Source of the DNA: Vitrella brassicaformis CCMP3155
Taxonomy: Eukaryota > Protista > Chromerida
Reading direction: 5' to 3'
Length of the DNA stretch: 64,000 bases
Assembly (NCBI GenBank): GCA_001179505.1
Contig: CDMY01000204.1
Coordinates: forward strand, 62,001-126,000
Of the stretch, positions 24,048 to 39,000 are shown piece by piece (position 1 is the first letter of the stretch; every line of letters begins with the position of its first letter). Both the position numbers and the translations under genes were made by a program. The notes beneath the pieces were generated by a model. That model saw nothing but the letters and a program-made list of their open reading frames with translations, did not search any database and was not told the DNA's origin.

Positions 24048-27000
24048 ATGGTCTCTTTCACCTTGATACAAGGGACGCTTCTGGCGGCGCTGCTGACGCA
24101 TCTTATCAACGGTAGAGCACGTGGTACTGTGAAGCAACCAACTGGATTGGTGTCTGCGTGTGATCCGAAAGGTGACCTGAAAACGTCCAGCACCGACCCC
24201 GTCAGTCTAACCAGTTCAAGCACTTCGACCACCGCCAGTCCCATCAACGGCCCGGACGGAACCTTCGACAACGCGGCCAGTCCGTGTGTTGCAGGGATAG
24301 CCAATTGCACAATCACCATCGATGGCACAGGTTTTGGAACCGACGACGTCATAATATTGGCGACGGGCGACGACTGCTCTTCCGGGACGGCCGTGAAGAC
24401 AGTCTTCGACAACACTTCTGCTGTCGACTATGCAGACACGCCTTCGGTGTCCTCGGACGACCAACAGACGTACAACTTCAACTCCACACCTCCTCGCCGT
24501 GGGGGAGTTTATCTGCTGTGCTGGTGAGCAACCCAAAAGCGAGCAGGCCACGAGACAGGCGGTCAGTCGGTCAGGCAGGCAGGCAGGCAGCTTTGTCTGG
24601 GGGACGTATCCATTCACTCGTCTGGGCCGAGGGCAGGTGCCAAGGAAGCTCGTGTGATCCGGACGGTGACCTGAGCATGTTCAGCACCGACGCGGGCAAT
24701 CTGACCATCATCGGCCCGAACGGAACCTTCGACAATGCGGACAGTCCGTGTGTTGCAGGGAATGCCAGTTGCACAATCACCATCAATGGCACAGGTGGGC
24801 GGAGGGATGGACTCACTGCGTCCGTGTGTGCGTGGGTGCGCGCGTAGTCAGGGACGGCGGTCTATCTATCTATCTATCTATCTATCTATATGCCTGTTGT
24901 TTCTTTGCGGCCGACCAGCCGATACTCACCCACGCGCTCATACCATTGACTGATTGATTCCCTCATTGCTCAGGTCTCCAAGACCACAACAGCATCGTGT
25001 TGAACACAGGGGCCGACTGCAGCGACACGACGGCTGTGACGACGACAGTCTTCAACGACTCTTCGGCGGTCGATCACCAAGTGGCCTCGGATTCTTCTGG
25101 GACCTACCAGGAATATACCTTTGCAGCCCCTGCGTCGCACGGTGGCGTCTTCCACCTTTGTTGGTCAGTCCAGCCAGCCAGCCAGCCAATCTGTCTGTTT
25201 GTTCGCTTGCATGGTCATCGGCAATTATGCCGTTTCGTTCTGTCTGTCTGTCTGTCTGTCGGCCTGGGTTGTTGGCTTGGTCGACGCAATGCGATGGAAT
25301 GCAGGTGCCAAGGGGGACCGGGGGATGTGTGTGATCCTAACAGCGCCCTGGCCGACTTCAACACCTCTGCGGGCCTACTGACTATCAATGGGCCTCCTGA
25401 ATCCCCTGATCGTCCCCCCGAATCCCCGTGTGTTGCCGGCCAGCTGTGCTCGGTCACACTGACGAACGGCACAGGTAGGGGAATCAAGAAAGGGAGATAG
25501 ATTGATTGGAGGGGCGTGGGTAGGTAGGAAGGTCGATAGAGAGCCCACTAATGCTGGCAGGCAGGCAGACAGGCGAGCGATCGCTGCGTATGGTGCACAC
25601 AATGCGATCGATCGATCGATGCGGCATGCACTCATCCACTCACTGACTGCCTCACTTGTTCACTCAGGTTTTGGAACCGACGACGTCATAATATTGGCGA
25701 CGGGCGACGACTGCTCTTCCGGGACGGCCGCGACGACAGTCTTCGACAACACTTCTGCTGTCGACTATGCAGACACGCCTTCGGTGTCCTCGGACGACCA
25801 ACAGACGTACAACTTCAACTCCACACCTCCTCTCCGTGGGGGAGTTTATCTGCTGTGCTGGTGAGCAACCCAAAAGCGAGCAGGCCACGAGACAGGCGGT
25901 CAGTCAGGCAGGCAGGCAGGCAGGCAGCTTTGTCTGGGGGACGTATTCATTCACTCGTCTGGGCCGAGGGCAGGTGCCAAGGAAGCTCGTGTGATCCGGA
26001 CGGTGACCTGAGCATGTTCAGCACCGACGCGGGCAATCTGACCATCATCGGCCCGGACGGAACCTTCGACAACGCGGACAGTCCGTGTCATGCAGGGATG
26101 CCCAATTGCACAATCACCATCAATGGCACAGGTTGGGACGTATAGCGCTGCAGGGTGGGAGGGGGCCGGATTCACTGGTGGTGTTGCCGGCGCAGGCCTT
26201 GCCGGCGTCTGGGACACACTGGTGCTTTCAAGGTCACGGCGATGTCCACCGGTCGCTGGCACAGTCATCAAGGACTTGTTCGCCGAAGATGGTGATGGTA
26301 CGAAGGCCGATCTGGCCACGGCGGCAGGGGGAGGGACACAATCCGACTATGACTTCGGCACGGCCTTTCGGGGGGGAACCTATCACCTGTGCTGGTAAGA
26401 CATCATGTCTCTTGTACGCCGTCTTCACTCACACCCAGTGACACACTCACTGTCGGCTGGGCAGATAGATAGATCTATAGATAGATACACAGATGGGCCA
26501 TACGACGTGCATCCGTCACAGAGGCACACACATACATGAACACATGTGTGCACACATCTGGTGTCTAAGTGTACATGCGTTTGGCCACATCTCTACATTT
26601 GCATGTATCAATGGATGTGTTTGCAGGTGTACGGGGGCTTCTCGCTGTGATCCCGACACTGCCTTGAGCAACTTCAACACACGTGTGGGCCAACTGGCGA
26701 TCGATGGTGCGCAAGAACGCAAATTTTTGCCACGCTTGCAATGCCTAGTCCCTTACAGGCCCTACAAGCAATTTCCAGGACTTTACGTGCACGCTGGGAG
26801 CTGACGACTGTGTTGTATCTAGCGTGGACATCCATGGTCAACGCCCATCAGACTTCCATGTTGCTATTCTGGATCAAGACTGCTCCGACCCCAAGGCTAC
26901 ATTCGTCGGTGCCAACACCACCTTTATGACGAATCCAGCCGAAGGGCACGGTGCATCATCAGGACAGTATGACTTCCAACTCGGCCTGCAAGTGAATCCG

Positions 27001-30000
27001 AGAGCAAGGACACCCGGAGAGCACCACATCTGTTTCTGCGATGAGGCGGTTCTCGCCTGTACGAATGCAGAGCACTTTGCTGTCCAAGTATGGCAATTTA
27101 TGCTAAGAGGTATGCAACACGGCAGAACTATTGACATTGCAGTTGGGAAACATTTTGTGTTGTTCTGGCTTGAAGGCCCTGACACGAGACTAGTGGACGC
27201 GCGTTGTACAGCCGGCCGAGACTGTTCTGTAAATTCTGTGCAAGGAATTGGTATTCTATCAAAAACTCGAGAGCTTCAATTGGACATGCCTTGGCTTGTA
27301 CAACGCTTTTCTCTGCTCATTTTGTTGGCGCCCAGGTCTGGACGATTCGGATCGAATCATCATCTCGGCGACGGCATGCGAGGCACCGGTACCGGTCAGC
27401 CCTGCACTGTTCAATGGTGGTGATTACGCCCAGGCTGATGCCAACTCGGACGGCGAAGTATTCAGTTTGACCAAAGCCTATCGGGGAATGGACGTTCTGC
27501 TCTGCTGGTACGCGCCTTGGCAGCGACCAGAAAGACATGTCAGAGTTCAGTCGCAGGGGGGTGCTCGGTTGATTGTGCAGGTGCGGAGCCTACAGTGGCT
27601 TGGCATGCGATGCCTCCAATGCGACGACAAGCAACTATACCATATACGTTGGGAATCTGGCTGTCAAAGGTAGCATCAAGATTCGCTTGTATCTCTCCCT
27701 TCATCCTCCGTTTGACAGGGCCGGATGGTCTGTTCGACGACGCTTCATGCGATGCTGGAAGAGATTGTACCATTGTACTGAATGGCACAGGCGCCCTTAC
27801 GACAGGCTTGCCTAGTTGTGTCTCTAGGCGCCCTTTTGGATTGCTACATACTGCCGCTGTGCTGTCATCTGCATGGACGTTTTCAGAGCTTGCCGATGGT
27901 GTTGATACCCTGCTCATCTCTACAGCCGAGTGTAGCCCTGATAGCCCCGCGACTTCGAATCACACTGTCACCGATTTAGTTGATGACGATGGCGACGTTG
28001 ACTTTGCATCACAAGCGGGAGGGACTTTCACTTTTGCATCCGTCCGGTATGGAGGCGTTTTTTCGCTTTGTTGGTGAGCGACAATTAAAGAACAGACACA
28101 AAAGCGTGGCATGTTGCTTGCTGTGCATGATTTTGCGGTTGAAGGTGTACGGATCCTCAGGATATCGAGGCTTGCAATCCAGAAACCAACTTGACCGGTT
28201 TCAATGTCAATGCAGGATTACTCCAGATCAATGGTATGTGAGTTGTGTCGCACTCGACACATCATGCCATCGACTCCCTTGCCAACGCTTTATCTCAGCT
28301 CCAGATCGCAGTTCCAGTACCAAGGCGCATCCACGATGTGTGGTTAGTCTCTCATGCCAAATAGACATTAGCGGGGCAGGTATGATGGACGACTAACCTC
28401 TCCTTCAACTTGTTCTCGTTCATATAATTCTGTGTTGCGAATATTTTTCGTGCCTCCAGGGCTTGAGGATCGTGATACGATTTTGGTGGCACCTGAGGGA
28501 AAAAGATGTGGCGTTGACGTGGTGCCTTTGTACCCTAGGTCAGTGAGGACCTGAGGGGCAGCAGACAACGGACGGACGGGGACATTGCCAGTCACTAGAC
28601 TCTCGTGTCTGTAGAATTTTTGATGACGAAGATCCTCGCATTGACAACGCAAAGGCCGATGCTGGATCCAACGGAGAAGTTTTCTCGTTAGGTCAGATTT
28701 GAGGACGAAAAGGTGTCAGCCCCTTCTCACTTCATCTCCAACATTTCCAGGTCGAGCTGTTTATGGAGCCCAGAATCTGGTTCTCTGCTGGTGAGCTATG
28801 ACAGACTGCTGCTTTTCATTAGCGCATTCGTAACCTTTTTGTGCAGGTGCAAAGGGTCATGGGGGTCGTGTCACCAAATCGGCACGTCCACCAAGAACAA
28901 TGAAAACTTCCCCGTCCATTCCGGGACTGTGACTGTGAAGGGTCCGCGTCTGGCAGCTGACGTCTACACCTGCACGTCGGGCTCCCCTTGCCCAATCGAG
29001 CTTGTGGGTGTGGAGCTTGAACAGGGCGACAAGATCCATTTAATCAAATTACCCAACGTCTGTGGCAGCCAGCTCGAAGCTGTGGGCGGGACCGAAACAA
29101 CAGCACAGGCTAACGGAACCACATACGACATGAACACGAAGCTTCCCGGTGGAATTTACAGAATATGTTGGTGAGTCCATTAGCTCACCAGCTTACCAGA
29201 GCGACCTCCTAATGGTACTATTGACAGGTGTCCAAAAGAAGCGGACTGCACCAGTACGGCCAGCTTCGCGACGCATGTAGGAGACCTGTATGTGGCAGGT
29301 AAGACAGCCACTGGTTTGTGGGTGCATCCATGTCCGCACCCCGTCGTCCCTTTGCCACGAGTTTTATTCCCTGCAGGTCCGGCCTCGTATTGTGATTCGT
29401 TGGTGTCGACGTCCTGTGAGCATGTGCTGTGTGCGGCTGGGACGTTTTGTCCTTCGGCGCCCCTTACGATTGGCGGCTATCAGCTGACTGTGGACGACCG
29501 CCTGCTGCTGACAAAAGGCAGTGTGCCGTGCACAGGCGGTCTGCTGGAAGACATCGACGCCAATCCCTCGCCCAGCCCATCCAGCAGCACATCGCAAAGC
29601 TTCACATTCGGCCTCACTCTCTCGGAAGCGGGCCACTACCACGTGTGCTGGTGCGGCAAGGGATCGGCCGGAGCCTGCGACACGCCGTCAGCCCACCGCG
29701 TGCAAATTGGAACGCTGCACATTACAGGTCAACAGACAGACAGACAGACAGAGAGGGAGCCAATCAGGGCAGGTCAGCCACGGACGGCAGCAAATGAGGC
29801 ACTGCTGATATTGCATTCCAGGCCCAAGTGTGAGCAACTACAACAAACGGTGCAGCCGCGGGTCCAGCTGCACGTATGACGGCATTTCCATCGACTACGA
29901 CGCCACTCAGCAGTACCGCATTGCTGTCATGGACAAGCCATGCTCAGACGATGGTGTCAAGTTCGTCGACGGATTCGAACACAATCCCTCATTGGTGGGC

Positions 30001-33000
30001 GTCAAGGGCACCGACACAGCTGCCAACGTCGCGCCCGTCGACTTCGATATGGGATTCACACTGGCGCCTCCCAGTGAGAAACACCATGTGTGTTTCTGTG
30101 GTAAAGGCAGCAGTTGTGTGGAACCGGGTGACTTTCCCGTCACTGTTGGAAGCATGAAGTTAGAAGGTGTGGTGAAGCCAATGCACTCACATGACATCAG
30201 CTGGCTGGATTCTCACTGTGGTATTCAGGACCTCCAAACGGACAAGTGTTTGGCATTCAATTTGAAGCCCTTATAGATATCGAGGTGGGTCCATTGCACG
30301 TCTCGTCCTTGGCTGCTCTTCTTCGAGTTTCGAATCCGCTGTCCAGCCTTTGGTTCTGGGACCTGCCTTGGCCAATCCGTCCACATTCCTTATCCCCTTT
30401 TACGAGGCGTGTGGCGACTCTGCACACCCGTTCGACAATGCGATTACAGAGCTACCTTCGAAAGGCGACTGTGTGGCCGTGGACACCACGGCAGTCAACA
30501 TCACCGAATTGGTCGGGCCGTCGAACGTCCACTGGGTGGGAAGCGATGTTGCCGACACCGAGGGGGATGGAGGGACAGAGTCCTGGCTCTTCTGCCCTTA
30601 TGGAGGCGGCACCCTCAAAAAGATCGAAACCTACAAAGTACGTGGAGTCCAAGGGGACATCTGAATTGAACGACTACCACCGTATACCATTCTTGTCGTC
30701 TGCAGGTGTGCTTTGTCAACGACATGGCATCCCCGTCGGGTGTGGGCATGACGATCGGTTATGTTAACCTTGTCAAGCGGCTGGACATGTGCGGCGACCG
30801 CTGCCTCCAGTTCTATTACTGTGAAGAGGATCCCGTGACCGACCTTGGCACATGCCGCCCCGTCCTTGGAGACGGCATTAAGACACCGAGTGAAGAATGC
30901 GATGATGGTAAAGTCCTGATGCTAGACAGGGCACTCCACAAGGACACGGTGGTGATTTCGATTGCAGGGAACCTCGACGGAGGTGACGGGTGCAACGGTG
31001 TTGGCGAACTTGAGAAGGGCTTCGTCTGCAAGGAAGTGCCTGTCACAGACATCCAGTTCGACGTCGAAAAGGGCCCCCCCCGTCATCTCAGAGTGCTCCA
31101 TTTCATGCGAAATCAACGACTCAACAACGACCTTCTGCTCCGCATCGGAAAGCCCCCCGATGAGCATCCTTGTCAGGGTAATGACACATGTGCAGACCGA
31201 TGTGAGGAGTCATATAGATCATGAGTTTTGCACTGTAGTGCGTGTCTGGCTGTGACATCCCCCCATCACTGCTGAGTCCCGAATCGTCCCGGCTCTTGCA
31301 GCCAGCATCGGCTGCCGGCAAAATGAGCTTGGACCAGGCGAGACTCAGCTCTGCTTCCCTCTCGGCAGCACTATTATGGTGAGGGGCGGGTTGAAACAAT
31401 GAGTGGGTGGGACCTCTGGTGTGTCTCTTCTCTTCCTGTTTGTTCCTCAGGCCAAGGCCGAGTTCATCGACGGCTACCTGGGCATTCGGATCGAGTTCGA
31501 CCATCCTGTTGCAGTACAGCGGGTCCCCGGGTCGCTCTGGGGAGATTGCAGGGCTGTGCTAGCAACTGACACCCTGCCCCTTCTGGGAGACCAACCAATA
31601 TGGTACATACATCGTAAGGCCTTGCATGCGTTAGGCTCAAAAGGCAGGCCGATCTCTGTGAACACATGTGTATAGTTTCTAGGCGTCAACTCGGTTGTTT
31701 GAGATCCAGCTTGGCTCCAGACCAGTCATCAGACTGTTTCATCCGATCAGCGTCAAGGTACATACAGGGAATGGCTGCGTCTTTGTCTGTCTGCGCTACT
31801 GCTCACTTGCGTGTGTGTTGCTGCCTTCATGCACTGAATGGCTCTGAGCAGGGCGGTGTCCTTCAGCGGCAAGACGCAGTGAAGGCTCTTCCCGCCTGGT
31901 CGTACCCTGCTGCAAGACATTCCATCAGGGTCACAGGGTCGGCCGACAAGGCGCCCTTGCTGCCATCCGTCATCCTCAAGGTATGCCATACCTCCTTCCA
32001 CCAGCATGTTCTAGGGTGCATACTGATGTAGGGGCCAACAACTGTCAGGTACATACACATGGTTCGTCTGTGTCCACACACAAACATACCCCCACACACA
32101 ACCACACATCCTAGCTCCATCCATGGCGTGTTTCATGCCTAGCTCCTGTGTCCCCCTCTACATAATCGCGGAAGAAAGCACAGGCCACGCTGGACGAGCC
32201 TACAAGAGCGTCAGATGGTACGTACGTATGGATGGCTTCATCGTTTCGTGACCCTGCTGATATGTTTGGTGCCTGCAGGAGCTGTGCGGATCCGCTATCG
32301 TTGAGCTGTACGACATCCCTATCATCCTTACTCTCATCGGTCTCTTCGCTCAGCCTCACGGTGCCTGCTGAGACCCTTCACGCGCGCATTGGGGAAATTG
32401 CTCAAGCCAACGGACTGGATCGGGTGGACCTCGGAGTCACACTCACACTCGAGAATTGGATGGGAGAGAGTGCAAGTGGTGAGGAATGGTCTATCTAGAG
32501 GGAAAGTCTGCATCCATGCATGCATCGGTTCGTTCGGCACCCCCTCATTCAGGCACCATATCTACGACTGTCCTCATTGGCCGGCGTGTTCCTATACTTC
32601 TCCCCGTCACCGACCAGCTACTCAGCATAGACCCATCGACCACTTTGATGCTGGAGGTGGCCGTCGCCTCACCGCCGGCAGATGGCCCCTGTGATTCAAG
32701 TGGCGACGACAGGATGGTCGAGTGGCGGAGCCAGCCCCAGGTGACCATTCCCGCCACCACCAACCCCAGAGTCATAACCATGCCTGCGTCTTCGCTTGAA
32801 CCGGGGGGCTTCTACCAATTTACTGCCGATGCCTTCTTCTCATCCACGCCCAGTGAGAGGTACGCACGCCAGGTAGACCCATAGCCACCTGATCAGGTGG
32901 CTATTCAAGCGCCGGATTTTTACAATGCGGTTGTCCCTCAGAGTATCTACAAGATTCGACGTCAACGTGAATGTGGAATCCCCTCCAGTCGTGAGAGTCA

Positions 33001-36000
33001 GCGCGCCTGCAGCAGCTTCTGTCGGGTGCACAGTGGTCCTGGATGGGAGCAAGTCCTATGGCACCACACCAGACGAGCTCACCTACATCTGGTCGTGTGT
33101 CGTTGAGGGCGACAGGCAGGGCCGGGCATGCTTCGCCGAATGGGCGGCGAACCAAGGGCAGTTCTCGGCTATCGAGCTGGTCCGCACGCTGGCCACCGGC
33201 ACTTTAGTCATCACCCTCACCGTGAGCACGTCTGTGGGCATGTCGGCCAGTGAGAGCATCAAGATGTTGGTGTCTGAGGGCGGCGCCCCACCGCCTATCT
33301 CCCTCACACCGCTGCCGCCCCAGGTGTCGTCTCAGCTGCCCATCGACCTCTCGGCCTCCCTCGCACCCACCACTGCCTGCCCTGCCGCCGACGAGTATGT
33401 GGGCGCGGGTGATCAGGTCAAGTGGGTCATCGCTGACAGCCTTATGACAAACCCGACGGCTCTGAACGCAACGATGACGGCTACCACGACAGCTGGAGGC
33501 GTGCAAATGCAGTTGATACTCGGCACCATTCTCCCTGACACACTTTCCCCAGGCGGTGAGTACGTCGTCCGCCTTGTCGTGTCCTCCATGCCTCTCAGTG
33601 ACCAGCGGGCCATCTCTGCCGTCACCTCCACCGACGCCGAAGCTGACCTGTTCATCTTCGATGGGGGTGTGCTGACAGTCAATCGCCCGCCCTTCGGTGG
33701 CATTGTCGATGTTAGTCCTACGGAGGGCGCTGCGCTTCTCGATCAATTCACCCTCACCAGTGGTGGCTGGCAGGACGATGACCTGCCGCTGCAGTACTCA
33801 TTCTACGTCGTCGACGCGCAGGTGCGGCAGGAGGCAAAGAGAGAGAAGACGATTTTATGTCATAGGAGACTGCCGATATCTATTCGATGCAGGCTGCTGA
33901 CGACATCAAGACCCATCAAGACCTGCACATTGTGAACGCAACTCTGAGGCCGTTCGCCCGGTCGAACCGCTTCGTTACAACGTTGCCTGAGGGCTCGTAT
34001 GTCGTCATTGCGACGTGAGTGATTTGGCTGACGGACTGTACGTCTTTTTCGGGAGTTGCATTGCTTCTTCCTCGTGTCGTCTTTGGTTCCGTAGGGTCAA
34101 GGACACGTACGGAGGTCAGGCCATCGCGAAGAGCACGACTGTCACCGTATCGCAGCCAGTGTTTGAACTGGGTAGGTGAGCGGACGCTTGCAGTTGCGAG
34201 CTTCTCATGCCGGCCTGCATTGCATACCTGTGTGTGCAGATCGGCTGGAAGAGCTGCGTGGCATCCTGGAGGGCGCTGACTCGACGTCAGACCCCGCCGC
34301 GACCCTCGCGGGTATCGCACAAATCGCACAGATTCTCTCATCGGACACGGGAACCATTGAGGACGAGACAGAGAGGAGGCTGACGTGGAAAGAGCTCATC
34401 AGAGTCTTCTCCATGGTACGGGGCAGGGGCTGGTGGGCTGCGACCAGCGAGAATGTGTGCGATGCGCATGTATTCATGCAGATGGTGGATGTTTGGAGCA
34501 CAACTCTCGACGAGGCCGCCGTCAAAATGGAGATGTCGACTGCTCTGTACCTTATCGACGGCGCAAGCACGGCCAACGAGCTCGACATTGAGGTGGCAGC
34601 CGAGGGAGCACGAGCCGTCAGGAATGCCGTCCGGATCTCCAGCACCATTGGCGGCGTGACCCTCGATGCCGCCACTGTAGGCGGGGATGTACTCACGGCA
34701 AAGCGCACCTTTCTACCTGTGCTTGCTGGCATGCCCATCAGGACCTTTTGCGGAGCGCAGCGATCCTCATGGCACAGATGGACGACACTCTCTTGAGTGG
34801 GCCGAAGGAGATCGCCAACACGACCGTCGACGCCGTGGCGGACGTCATCAATGATGTCCGGGCGGCCATGACTGATCTTGGAAATATGCTGGGCGACGAT
34901 CTGCAGCTGGGCGCAGAGACCACTGTCGCCACGCCAGACATACGCCTCACAGTCGCCAAGAGGGACGCAAAGGTAGGGAGGCAAGACAGAACGACTCACC
35001 ATAGGGCGAGAGGGGATAATTTGTCCGATGTCTGTTGCTGTCGAGTGCAGTCCCTGTCATCAGAGGGCTACTCATCCGACAGGACGTCCCTGCCGTCTGT
35101 TGATCTGGGGGCGCTCACCATCCCGGATGACGAGGTCAGTTTACTCTGCAGATTGAACCAAGCCAAACTGCGAAAATTCCCCTCTCTTTTCTTCCTTTTT
35201 TTTCATTTTCCTTGACTGATGGACTGCTTGAGCAGATCCTGCGCATACACCTCGTGCATTTCGCCACCAACCCACACAGATACGAACCAGACACACTTGA
35301 GAAAAACGTCAGTCAAGCCGTTATCGCCTTCTCCATCTTGTGAGTGGTCTCCCCCATCTGCCCCTTTTCTGCCTGTCGATCCGTGTGAAAGCGCATTAGG
35401 TGGACTGGACAATGCTGTGTGTGCAATTCTGTGCAGGCGAGAGGACGCCACGCCTCTGAAGCTCATCAACATGTCTCAGCCCTTTGAGTTCTCGGCCCAT
35501 GCGCCGCTGGCCCCTGGTGAGTCCCGGGAGAGGAACGACCCAACCGTATGCCTCTACTGGGATGAGGGTGCTGAGCTGTGGACGTCCGATGGATGTGTCG
35601 CCAACGCAACCCATTCCAATCGGTCTCATATCGTCTGTATGTGCAGCCATCTCACCGGTGAGTCTGCAGGATATGGAGAATCGGGATAGATCATGCAGCG
35701 GCGGATACGCACATGTGATTCTTCCTTAGACTTCTCGGTCGCACGCGAGGACGTCCCGCGCATTGACCTGCTGGAGACAGATGAGTACGGCGCATCCAAC
35801 GTTGGTGAGGCCGTACCGCACGTCCATGTATGTGTGTGTGGGGGTGACTGACAGCTTGACGGCATTGATGTTCAGGTCTGTGGCTGATAATCCTTCTTCT
35901 GCTCATCATGGTATTCATTCTCATCATCGCCTACATGAACGACAGGTATGTCTGCATCACTGTCTCTCTGACTGACAGCCCGGCCAATGTCTTGTGTGTG

Positions 36001-39000
36001 TTGATGGCACTACGACATGAGCGACAAAGCGTTGAAGGCCGTGTGGATGCGCGACAGCACTCTGAGCAAGAAGATCGACCAGTTGGATCGGGACGAACAC
36101 ACATTCGCCTCCAGATGGAACGACTTCATCCTCAATCTCTTCGGCTACCGGCTTGGGCTGTCCGTCAGGCACCTGCAGGAGTGGAGGTGCGTAAGCTCGA
36201 AAGAAAGTATGTATCACTCTGGGCGGCTTGATGCACCTCAGCCCACAACCAACCCACGAGTGTGTATGGTGTGCGGCGGCAGGTGGTGCAAGTCGTACGC
36301 CGACTTCAAGATGACAATGTCTCCTTACCACGGCAAGGAGGCCAGGGAGGCCCGAGCGTCGCGTCGGCCCACGGCCTACACATACACGCAGCAGCCACGG
36401 ATATCCACCGACAGCCTCGCTGACGTCCTCACAGACCCGGCAGCACAGGTGGAACGACAGGCCGGGCCAGACTGATGGATGCATCACACTGTGGTGTACA
36501 CGGCTGACTTTCCTTTTTTGCTTGATACAGATACCTCTCTCAGGGCGCCGCCCCAGCGACCGGCGGCAGACGGCTGTCGGTGTGTGGAAGTCCTCCCTGC
36601 GGCAGGTGGGTACGCAGTGAGCTTCAAGCTGTCATGCCGTGTAATGCCACTCTGTTTGCTTTGCTTCAGGTAGCCCAGTCGCGGCACGAAGAGCAATTCC
36701 ATGGTACATACATGTACCATGGGCATCCATGTCGCACAGCAATATTATATATTCCCTCTTCTTACCTCCTACAGGCATCGTGCGCATCCAGGCTCTCGCG
36801 CGTCTCTTCCTGGGCCGCAAAAGATATCAAGAATACAAGCAATCCAAACAGGTTGTAGGAGAAATGCGGCCCGGATGGTGCAAGGTTGATGAGAACAACC
36901 TCGGTATGAAGACAGCTTTATGACAACGATCTCGTTTCGTTGCAATACCGATGTGGTTGTGTCACATACGCATGTGTCAGTGGTTTGGGGGGGCGCCTAC
37001 CGCGGTCTGGCCGTGGTGAGTGCCGAGTCGGGCGAGAAGACCGTCCTCTTTCTGCCCTGCAGGGTGTTTGTCGGCCCTGAGAATCTCAGCATCCGCCCCT
37101 GGGTCCTCACGCGAACAACAACCCCATTTCTGCAGGGCGAGCCGCACCCGCTGGCTTCCATCAGCGACATTCACATCGCTGAGGCCGCGGCGGTGGCCCA
37201 CGATGGTGATTTGCCCATATCGGTGCGGTCGGTATCGAATGCGGACGAGGAGGGAGAGGAGGGTGCGGGCCAGGAGGCGCAGACCGACGAGCCGAGGGAC
37301 ATCGAGAGGCGAGCGCCCTCGCGCCCCCGGATGTCTGTCATGGTAAGCCGGTCAAGAAGTGCACGTGTCGGACATTAGCTGAGTGCGTCTCTCCTTGTGT
37401 TGTGTCGTGTTGAATGCATAAGGTCCTGGATGTCAAGGACCGTCGTCACCTCGGGCAGCAGGAGGTGACCGTATCGCAAGAGATGGAGGAGGAGCTCCTC
37501 GATGCGGGCGTACTGGTCGAGGACGTCACAGAGAGGGCTCCTCATGAGCTCTCTCTCAAAGTCGTCCGCAGATCGGCACTCGCCCAAGGCGCCGACAGGC
37601 TTGAAGACCTCCGGCTCAGATTTGAAGACCCACAAGTGAGCGCATTGCAACAGTGGCGTACGTAGCCATACCAGGACCGGTAGATGGATCCAGACCATTG
37701 CCTTGGTGTGCTTCGTGATTGTACCTGTGTGATCAATCAGGTGCCCGAGATGATACAATCGTTTGTGGAGGATCGCAAGGCGTCTCTGGCCGCACAAGCC
37801 CAGCCTGGCGCCGCCAAGAGCAAGAAAAGCGTAGCGGTCCTTCCTCTGCCCACCGATGTCAAGGCCATCCCCCGGGCGAGCGTCATGATCAGCACCGACC
37901 AGCAGGACGAGGCCCTCATCCAGAAACAACTCGAGCGGATCATCTTTGTCGAGTGGTCTATGTGGCGGCTCTTCACTTCCCTAATCCGCAGAGAATCGCC
38001 CATCGCAAAGGTAGTACGTGCTTCATTTTGGTGCTGCAACGGTGTCTCCCTGTGTCGGCCAGATGCTGTGTCCCTCGTCGGAGCTCTCTGCAATGCAGAA
38101 GAGTCTCACCGCCTTCTCTTACCTCTTCAGCATCCTCGCAATCGCCTCCATATTCTTTCTGCTCGCAGAAGATGTAAGCAATGCCTCAACCCAGCCACAC
38201 ACAAAAGAGCACGTGAGAGGTGTGTGTAGGCGTCGTCTGGCCGTATCTTCTACTTCAACATCGACGAGGACCCCTTCAGGTTCACCGTTATTGGGCTGCT
38301 GATCTGGATCGCCTCAATCGTGATCGCACTCCCCGTCCGATTCGCACTTATACACGTCTTCAGAAAAAGGGTAAGTCGTTGCTTTCATGCCCACAAATCG
38401 ATCGCGATCGCTGCGGCAATGGGCGGCTTGTGCAGGTGCCCACCCCGGCAGGCTATCCGGAATACAAGGAGTATTCTGCCAAGGTATCCACCCAAGAGAC
38501 CGACCGACCGACAGCACACCATTTGAATGTGTGTCAGCCTGGTTCGGACGTGGTAGCTTTGCAGCGGTGGCGCCGCGCGCCAATGACAGAGGCGGAAAAG
38601 GACTCGACAGTCACGTCATGGCGATTCGTCGAACTAATCGGGTGAGCAGGCACACACACGTGTGTCTCTCTCTGTCCCTGGTGTTTCGATTCTGTGCGTA
38701 TGTGTCCATGTATGTGTGTGTGTGTGTAGGCGGCTGTTCGCGTGTGTGCGCATCATCGTCTGCGTGGGCATTGTCATGAGCTTCACGATAGTGTCGGCTC
38801 CTTCGATCGATGAAATTAGGCAGTGGTTCCTGGGAAGTGTGCTTTATCTGGCGCTATACATGATCGTTTGGCCCGCAGTACAGGTCATCACGCTCTTCAT
38901 CATCCTGCGAAGCGCCCTCGGTACGTATAGGTTGCATCCACCTCCTCTAAGTTGCGCACCTACCTACCTGTGCGTCTGTGTGTTCATGTGTGTGTCAGCG

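Noticed and set aside
27791-27886. Possible GC-donor intron in receptor 2
   Set aside because: The region is also open in frame and a GT alternative exists, so it cannot be decided without RNA data.
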